A DNA stretch of 58,881 nucleotides, the filler included, from Squatina squatina (Eukaryota), in the NCBI GenBank assembly GCA_031763465.1. It is 3 parts of 3 records of this genome, joined end to end, with 100 filler letters (N's around TTAATTAATTAA, not from the genome) between each part and the next. Parts side by side here need not be neighbours in the genome. Positions count along the whole stretch, not along the records: positions 35,658 to 58,881 come from JARFOE010000068.1; 2 more parts are not named here. One strand, written 5' to 3'. The notes beneath the pieces were generated by a model. The model searched no databases, was not told where the DNA came from, and was given only the letters and a program-made list of their open reading frames with translations. Positions 50,346 to 58,881 of the stretch are shown piece by piece (positions within the stretch are counted from its first letter, which is position 1; each line of letters opens with the position of its first letter). A program made the translations under genes and the position numbers.

Positions 50346-52964
50346 TTAAAAAAGACTCAATAAAATGAAGTTAGTGTAAAGAAAATCTAAAAAAGATATC
50401 AGGAAGGAATTAATTGCATGGTAATTTGGATGATGTCAGATAGTGAGGACTCAATTTTGGATCTGGTAGCAATGAGCTGATTCTCAGACTTCCTTTCATA
50501 TAGAATGGAAGGAACCAATCAGTTCTCAACAAACAAGCTTATGATATCATCTTCTGTGATGTCAAGCATATGACTCCCCAGGATCAATCAGACAAATCCT
50601 GCAGTGCGCAGAGAATACTGAATGAAGAAAAATCTACCAACCAGGGTTGTTGTTGCAAAAAACTTTTGGGTTCTTCAAAATCATTTCAAATAAATTTGGA
50701 TGTCATGGTGGGAGAATAAGTATACGAGACAGATGAGCTTCCATGGACTGTGTGACCTTTTCTTGTGTTCTTAACCATTGGTGGCCATGCCTGCAGCTGC
50801 CAAGGCCCTAAATTCTGGAATTACCTCCCCTAAACCTCTCTGCCTCTCCACCTCTTTCCTCCTTTAAGACTCTCCTTAAAACCACCTCTTTGGCTAAGCT
50901 TTTGGTCATCTGCCCGAATATCTCCTTATGTGACTCGGTGTCAAATTTTGTTCTATAATGCTCCTGTGAAGTGCCTTGGGATGCTTTACTACATCAAAGG
51001 CGCTATATAAAGACGAGTTGTTGTTGCTGGTGCATTTGCTGTAAGGTTGAGATTGGGTAATAATTTCTGTGTTGCTTGATGTGCAGAAACAAAATTACTA
51101 CTTTGTTCCTGCCCCTTCCACTACTGAAAGAAAGAAAACACTTCAATAGTCTTTGTTGATTTGTTTGATTTTGATAAATTAACCCTGAAATTAATTATCT
51201 TATGCTGTATATAACAGCTTCATGTCCAGAACACTGAACCATCTGAACACAAAGGTACTCCTTTTGCCATTTCCCATAATATTTGATCACTTCCACTGAA
51301 TATTATTCATGGGCCATACCTTGTTTCCGTCCACCCTGACCCCCCGTCGACTTCTGGCAAAATACATTCTGAATTCTGAAATTTGTGAACTGCCTGAGAT
51401 AAGTAAAAAGGAATGTTGCGTACAGTTAATACGAACCAAATTTTGAGGTGTTTGCCCATAAAGACATACAAAAGGGACACTCTCTCTTGAAAAGAAGCAT
51501 GAAGGACTTTGATCTGAGACATAGGTTACCTTTGGAGACAGACGGACACTTTGGAGGTGACTAATCTCAGGTCCTCACAAGTACAGACTGTGGCATCAAA
51601 TAAAGAGCTTAAACACAAAGTGCTGTGGCGTGCAAAACTAAGTTTCTCATCAGATAGAAATAACAATGATACCAAGACAACTGTTGGACACATTGAACTG
51701 ATGGCTTGTCCAGAAAACTGCAAATAGGAACTGTGTTACAACCCCCATTACCACTGAAAATCAATATGTCATTTAAACGTAGGCAGGAGACTAATTGCCC
51801 TTGGGAAAACGCCTTATGAATTCCATTTGAGAAAAATGAGACATGCTTTAGAGGAAAAGAAAAGGCCAGAATATTGCTTGGAATAATTTGTTTGTTTATA
51901 TATATATATAAAATAAAAAGAAGCCGTCTGAATTTTACATCTAGAGATATGTATAATACAATTTATCATTCCTTTCTACAGTAACAGCTTGTTATTTCAA
52001 CAGAATTGACCACTTCTATCCAGTGTCACTTAACCTAAATTAGAATCATATGGTGCAGAAGAAGGCCATTCGGCCCATCGTGCCTGTGCTGGTTCTCAAA
52101 GAGCTATCCATTTAGTCCCACACACCTGCTCTTTTCCCATAGCCCTGCAAATATTTCCATTTAAATATATATTCATTTGAATTAATTTCATCTAGAATTG
52201 GAACCGAACTGCATTGCACGTGTTGAACATTTCTGTACTGAGTTACGAGGGCTCAGAGGGGGCACAATTGGATTGTAACAACAGTGATTAGTCTTGATAG
52301 ATCTTCACCCATTTAGCATCCATGCAAGTTTCTGTTGGGGTTTGGGACAGATTGCAGAAGCCCATGCACCCCCCCCACCTCACAAAAAACAATAAGCAGG
52401 AGTTTAATACTAGCATCAAAATGAAGAAGTAATGTTGGATTGACACTTACAACATGTTGTGTAATTTACAATTAATTTTGCATTCTTCATCATGCTCGGA
52501 AACTTGAGCTTACTGTTTGAGTGGCAAAACATTTAAAGGGGCCAGAGCCTATTAACAGGTGTGTTTCAATTTCCTTTTGATTTCAATATATTTTTCTTCC
52601 AGTTCTCCACTTTTGCAGGCTTCTGTGGGGCCATGGGTGCCACCATGGAAATCCTTCTCTGAAACCTATAAGACCTGCAGCAACATAGGACTTCCCATCC
52701 TCTAATGGGTGAGCTACCAATCCTGGGCTTACCTCATTATATGTTACTCAGGCTGAACACACAAGAACAGATACTTTTTGGCTATTGTGAGGGTGCTTTT
52801 TAGCTTGTGCTTGCCTCCAGCCAGTTCAAACATTAATATTAAAATCAGTATATCATTCTGTCTTAAAGTTAGAAGAAATTACAAAAGGATTCTCTCCTTA
52901 ACTGGAATTTCTAATGTATCATATATACTCATGTCTAAGGTAAGGCTTAACACATGTGGGATTA

Positions 52965-53405
52965 AACATTTCACCAGGGATGAGGGATTTCAGTTATATG
53001 GAGAGGTTGGAAAAGTTAGGACTGTTCTCCTTGGAACAGAGAAGATTAAGAGGTGACCTAATAGAGGTTTTCAAGATGATGAGAGGTTTTGATGGAGAAA
53101 GATTATTCCCCCTGATGAGTGGGTCAATAACTTGGTCATAAATTCAAAATCATTGGCAAAAGATCGGGAGGGAAGATGAAATTTTTTTTTCACTCAGCAA
53201 GTTGTCGGGATCCAGAACGCTCTACCTGGAAAGGTTGTGGAAGCTGATTCCATAAATAATTTTAAATTGGAGTTGGACAGGTACTTTACGGTGAGGAACT
53301 TAAAGGGTTGCGGAACAAAAGAGGGGATGTGGAACAAAGCATGATTTTTCTTTCAAAGAGCCAGCACAGGCATGACAGCTGAATGGCCTCCTTCTGTGCT
53401 ATAAG
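52965..53405 (+). mobile_element. CR1 LINE 3' end
   Basis: PGMRDFSYMERLEKLGLFSLEQRRLRGDLIEVFKMMRGFD; tail gaatggcctccttctgtgct. Confidence 0.85.
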
Positions 53406-53686
53406 TTTGAGAGATTCTCTGAAATGCTTTTTGGACATCCAAGTACACGGTGTCATAGAGTTTGGCCTCCGGAAATATGTCCAACCAGAGTTAACAACCA
53501 TAAGCATAGCTGTGTATTTATTCTGCCAAGCCCACAATTAAGCCGTGATTATAATACGCTTGAGCTTCCAGATTTTCCAAGCTGTTTCAGCAGATCTTTT
53601 AACATGAATGTGTTGGCGAGTGATGGCAGTTTTTACATTTTAGTTTGCAGTTGGTGGCATAAGACGAGGTTTAAAAAAAAAAAAAT

Positions 53687-54388
53687 TGGCCCACATTTTG
53701 CGGGAGGAAGCTTCTGACCTGCAAAAAAAACAAATCTAACTTGCATGTTGGTCCAGGTGGTTTGGCCGCTTGTGGTCCTGGGCCTCCACACATTGGCCTG
53801 CATCGAGGCCCACATGTCCCAAGCGCCCCTGGGATCACGTGTAAGTAGCGGGATCCCCATTCATACTTATGGTGAGTTCCATTTCTACAGAGCTGCCATA
53901 AGTATGAATGGGAATACCCACAAAAAAGCACAAACACATTAAATAATATTAAATTACATATTTAAAGTTAATTAAAATGCAATTTAATCAAATATTTTAT
54001 ACAAAAAATTATTTTTGAATTTTTAAAAAATGTTTTAACATAGCTATAAAAAAAAAGCTTACCTTAATAGACAGAGTTTTTAATATATAAATAAGTGATG
54101 ACATTTCATTTTTTTTAAACTCTTACGCTGGTAAAAGCAGACCTTACACCTGCTTTTACCAGTGTAAGAATTTCAAAGGCATTCACTGCGCAAAAATTGG
54201 GCAAATAGCCCAACTCTCAGCCTGCGAAGGCCCTTTTCCCAGGGATGGGTGCGATCAGTCAAGAGAATTCTTGATCGATCGCAAGTTCCGGGTTTGAGCG
54301 CATGCGCAGTGCATGCCTAAACCCGGGGGCCCTAACGGGCACGTGCGCATCTCGTATGCACCCGTAGGGGCTGTAATTCAGCGCCATA
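53687..54388. mobile_element. Probable non-autonomous DNA transposon (MITE-like; GC-rich ends, AT-rich core)
   Basis: Starts ggcccacattttgc and ends gctgtaattcagcgcc (imperfect inverted termini); internal hairpins. Family not established. Confidence 0.45.
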
Positions 54389-54419
54389 GTTTCTGCAGAT
54401 TAGTTTTGAATTTACCCCC

Positions 54420-54848
54420 TTTCAAGCACAGGTTGCGTTCTCTGGTTCTACTCTTCTGGACAAGGTGAAGTAGTTGATCATGGTCTCCATTATCTAGTCT
54501 TTTAGAATCCTAGAAACATCAATCTCAGCCTTCTCTTTCTCAGTGAGAACATGTCCAATTTATATAATCGCTCCTCATAATCCAATCCCGCCATCTCCTC
54601 AATTCACCTAGTTGCTTTCTACTGTATCTTTTCAATAGTTACAATGTCCTTTTTGTACTGTGGCAACGAGAACTGTACAGAGTATTCTAAGTGTGGCTGC
54701 ACCACTGATTTTTAAAGTGGCAGGATTACCTTTTAATGCAACCCAACATCTGATTTTTTTTCTACTCACTGCCGCCGAGCATTATTGTGATAGCTTCAAT
54801 TTATTGTGAATCAGGACCCCCAGATCGTTTTCATTTTCCATGCAGATT
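54420..54848 (-). mobile_element. Old CR1 LINE fragment
   Basis: ENENDLGVLIHNKLKLSQ, plus PHLEYSVQF read from the reverse strand. Confidence 0.65.
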
Positions 54849-56247
54849 NNNNNNNNNNNNNNNNNNNNNNNNNNNNNNNNNNNNNNNNNNNNNNNNNNNN
54901 NNNNNNNNNNNNNNNNNNNNNNNNNNNNNNNNNNNNNNNNNNNNNNNNCCACGAAAGCTCTCCACTCCCACCGAGACCCCCGGTGAATGTCAAGCCAAGG
55001 TCTGGGTAGCTCACTCACCCAGAGACGCTGAGGGTCCATACATTCCCCGGATGTCTTTCGATGGCATGAATCCTTCGGTCAGCAGTTGCAGTGGTGGGGG
55101 CATCCGGTGCCTGCAGGGGGGTGGGGTGAAGAGACAGAGCAGTGGCTGGGTTAGTAGAGTCCAACCTTCAACTTGGTGCAGCGTACAGGTCGCAGAAATA
55201 CGAGTGGAGAATCAATGCAAAACATTCACCGCTGCAGAATGAGAGTGATAAATGCACCCGCAGATGGGCAATGGAAGTGCAAGCACAGACTGTCCACTGA
55301 AGTTATTCCAGGTTCCCACGTAGAACCAACCCCGCGCCGCCCCCCCAACTCCCCGCCCCAAGCCAGCTCAGCAGCGTGAGTGCACTGGCAGACAGGGTAC
55401 TGAGCCCCACGGGACGGGAAGGGCCCGGAACCATTGACCGTCTGTGCGGAACGAACTGATTGGAGCCCAGGCAGTAGCCCGAGCAGCCAGGGTCAGAGGG
55501 GACACGCTATCTCGGCTTCCTGCTCCTGATGGGACGTGGGGGCCGGGCAAGGATCCGGTCGGATCGAGTTCTGCTCCGACGGCCCCCTCAATGGCGAGAT
55601 GCCCCACAACCGCTCACGTTGCAGCAAGAGCGAGCGGCCTGCTCGGACGGGGTCACCGAGCAGCAGGGGGCTTTAGCGACACCGACATGTTGTGTTGTGA
55701 ATTCTCAGCAGAACCACCCTCAGTGCTGGGAGACCCCAGCCCAGCATGCGAGGAGAGGGGGGGAGCGAGGGTACGGCACTGGGCGAAATCTGCTCACTCG
55801 GGGAAGGCATGCGATGGGAGACTGGCACCATCCTGCGGTGTCAGGATCGGAACCACCGTGGGCAGTGGGTGTATCCCGGAGCCAGCCCAGATTAACAGAG
55901 AAACGCCGAGGCACTCACCTGTCCCTCTCCTTCTCCCTGCCACAGGATTCAGCGAAGATCACGCCGCCTCCACTTCGCCCGTTCTGAGAGGACCCTGTAC
56001 CTAAATTAGTCATATGAATGGGTCCATGCTATGAGCAGAAGAAAGCAGCAGCATTAGCAGCAGTAACAGCACTCCCACCGCAACATCCTGTTGCTAGGCT
56101 GCAGACGTGAACACACGCTCACTGCCGCACGTCTATTAAAGGGGCGCNNNNNNNNNNNNNNNNNNNNNNNNNNNNNNNNNNNNNNNNNNNNNNNNNNNNN
56201 NNNNNNNNNNNNNNNNNNNNNNNNNNNNNNNNNNNNNNNNNNNNNNN

Positions 56248-56442
56248 ATCCCAGGAATCAGTCTGGTGAATCTTCGCTGCACTCCCTCCATGGTAAGAAC
56301 ATCCTTCCTTAGATAAGTCAACCAAAACTGCACACAATACTCAAGGTGTGGTCTCACCAAGGCCCTGTACAACTGCAGCAAGGCATCCCGGCTCCGGTAC
56401 TTGAATCCTCTCGCTGTGAAGGCCAACATACCAGTTGCCTTC
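56248..56442 (-). mobile_element. CR1 LINE fragment
   Basis: KATGMLAFTARGFKYRSRDALLQLYRALVRPHLEYCVQFW. Confidence 0.88.
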
Positions 56443-56674
56443 TTAAATTTTGCAGGTTTTGCCATTTGCCTCTTTTCTGCAATGGTAAATGGTGAGTGAG
56501 TGGCTGCTGGAGTAACATTGGCTGGTTTGACTTTATTTAAAAATACATGCAGCTCCAACCTTGGGATCAGTTTATTCAGTTAGTCCAGCAATGAGAGTGG
56601 CATATGGTCTTGCTGTAGTTATGCAACAGTGCAAATCAAAATGGCAGCATTTCCTATCAATAATCCTTAGCAAG

Positions 56675-57295
56675 GGATATTTTCAGGTTGGCAGGCTGTG
56701 ACTAGTGGGGTACCACAGGGATCAGTTCATGGGCCCCAGCTGTTCACAATCTATATCAATTATTTGGATGAGGGGATCAAATGTAAGGGCCCTGAAATTG
56801 CGANNNNNNNNNNNNNNNNNNNNNNNNNNNNNNNNNNNNNNNNNNNNNNNNNNNNNNNNNNNNNNNNNNNNNNNNNNNNNNNNNNNNNNNNNNNNNNNNN
56901 NNNAGTGCATGTCCACAGATCCCTGAAGGTAGCAGGATAGGTGGTTAAGAAGGCATACGGGACACTTTCCTTTATTAGCCGAGGCAGAAAATATAAGAGC
57001 AGGGAAGTTATACTTGAACTGTATAAAACTCCAGTTAGGGTCACAGCTAGAGTACTGCATACAGTTCTGGTCACCACATTACAAGAAGGACGTGATTACA
57101 CTAGAGAGGGTACAGAGAAGATTTACGAGGATGTTGCCTGGACTGGAATATTTTAGCTAGGACGAAAGATTGGATTGACTGGGGTTGGTTTCCTTTGGAA
57201 CAGAGAAGGCTGAGGGGAGACTTGATTGAGGTGTATAAAATTATGAGGAGCCCAGATAAAGTTGGCAAGAAGGACCGATAAGCAGAGAAGTCAAT
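56675..57295 (+). mobile_element. CR1 LINE RT fragments across a gap
   Basis: [26 protein letters not shown] (RT motif B) and [15 protein letters not shown]. Confidence 0.85.
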
Positions 57296-58318
57296 AATAT
57301 GGGAGTAAAGAAAACACACCCAAGTGAGAGTGATACCAAAAGAAACAGAAAGACTGGGAGTGGGACTAAAAAGGAACCAGCGGAGCTGTACATGGAAAAA
57401 AACTGGTGTGGATTTCCACAGGGATTCTCGTGCTCACCCACCATTTTTCCCAGGGTTCTGGCAGCTGAGCGGGAGAATTCCCATGGAAATTCACCCTCAT
57501 AAAAATTGGAGTTAAAAAGAAACAGCAGAGCTACACTTAAAAACAAAAACACTGGATGCAACAACAAACAAAAATACACAAACACCAGCAGCAAGACTCA
57601 AACACAACCGATTGTACACTGGGACTCACATCGGCNNNNNNNNNNNNNNNNNNNNNNNNNNNNNNNNNNNNNNNNNNNNNNNNNNNNNNNNNNNNNNNNN
57701 NNNNNNNNNNNNNNNNNNNNNNNNNNNNNNNNNNNTCATGAAGGTCTAACATTACGGGGCTGATGTCCCCACAATCCAGGAGCTTGAAGGGTTAGACTGT
57801 TGAAGCTGAAACCATCTTTGACCTTGATCTGTAGCAGGGTCGCAAATTACTTAACAATTAATTTTTGCTCCTTTGCTTGATGTTCAAAGAAGTCTTGCTG
57901 CAGGTACGTAGAGCAGAGGCGCGAGCGAGCACCTGTGGGTTATACGGAACCGAGAGACAGTAAACCGGCCACCCTGCGGCCCTTGTTAAAGGATTAAACC
58001 CTGGTGGAATGCAAACTGGAGACGTGTGTGATGTGACCAGTTGTACACTTAGTCGCAGCCTGGACTGGGGGCCTTTAGGAATGATGAAATGAAACAACCG
58101 TGGGCTGAACCTTCACCCAGCGAGTTATTTTTAGATCTATTTATTATCTCATCGTGTCCCAGTGCCCCGGGCTCAGCCACGGCAGCCTGAATTTGATGTG
58201 TTCTGTTTTTTCAGTACTTGCACACTGTTCGTTTTTTTTTAGCCGTCGCACAGTCGGTCAGTTAATCCCTGTGTTTCTTCACTCCTCCTTGCACACCCAC
58301 CCCCACCTGTGACTATAG

Positions 58319-58559
58319 TATAGCGAACTGCTCGTGTGACCGGCGAATGTACAATGAGAGGAGGTACTGTGACGCTTACCGAGGCAACTACAGCCGGGAC
58401 CAAGGCGACGGCTACCATGAGCCAGACTACTGCTCTCGCAACTCGTACGACTACCGGCGCTCGCAGGAACGGGACAGGAGCTACAGGAGTCGGAAGAGCA
58501 GCAGACGTAAGCACAAACGGCGGCGCCGCAGAAGCAGGTCATATAGTCGCTCCTCCTCG
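58319..58559 (+). CDS. CLK2: CDC-like kinase 2, RS-rich N-terminal exon (...DRRMYNERRYCDAYRGNYSRD...SYRSRKSSRRKHKRRRRRSRSYSRSSS)
   Basis: Collinear with remembered CLK2 DRRVYDRRYCGSYRRNDYSRD...SSRRKHRRRRRRSRTFSRSSS. GTGAGT donor at 58560. The acceptor (AG 58317-58318) was chosen by phase and length and is less certain. Confidence 0.88.
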
Positions 58560-58881
58560 GTGAGTACTCCCACCTCTCTATTAGTGTACGAATAGCTTTT
58601 TTTTTTACAGCCCACAGGATTTGGTAAGTAAAGCCATTTTTTATTCTGCTTTTCTATGGTTGTGTGGACTGTTTTTAAAGGTGGAACACTCGCACATGCC
58701 CATGAGCTTGGGGTTGTACTTCTTCTGTTTTGTTGCCTCTGGGTGGCCGTAACCTCGTATGGCTATCCAGGCAATGCCTTTCACACACTTTCTTTGGAGG
58801 TGCCTTGAACGACGAGCGGGTGCGTTGCAGTAGGCGGTTTTTGGTAGCGAGGAGGCTGCTGTGAGATTCTGCTTTCCATAG

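Noticed and set aside
58239-58563. Thr/Ala-rich and antisense ORFs over the CLK2 exon
   Set aside because: Alternate-frame readings of the RS-rich coding exon.

Overview
Eukaryotic DNA from a heavily gapped draft assembly. The repeat content (DeuSINE of the SacSINE1 type, CR1, L2, Penelope, Harbinger) points to a cartilaginous fish, probably a shark; this is an inference. The window is not one locus. Two artificial spacers (44 N + TTAATTAATTAA + 44 N at 16470-16569 and 35558-35657) join three blocks, and each block has many 100-N gaps. Block 1 (1-16469) has the 3' part of a B3GNT7-like glycosyltransferase (+) and five exons of CEP104 (-). Block 2 (16570-35557) has four exons of a pecanex gene closest to PCNX2 (+), a 22-bp minisatellite and Harbinger remnants. 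Block 3 (35658-58881) has one DENND4B-like exon, one CLK2 exon, a possible unidentified spliced gene on the minus strand and many decayed transposons. I see no CRISPR array, rRNA, intact tRNA or prokaryotic system, and no convincing new biological system. The best leads are decayed Penelope hammerhead ribozyme cores (one palindromic copy has a perfect 13-bp target-site duplication), competing splice sites around the CLK2 exon, the phase-compatible orphan exon chain and the location of the B3GNT7-like gene. Gene calls rest on remembered vertebrate protein sequences, not on database searches. Repeat boundaries are approximate.
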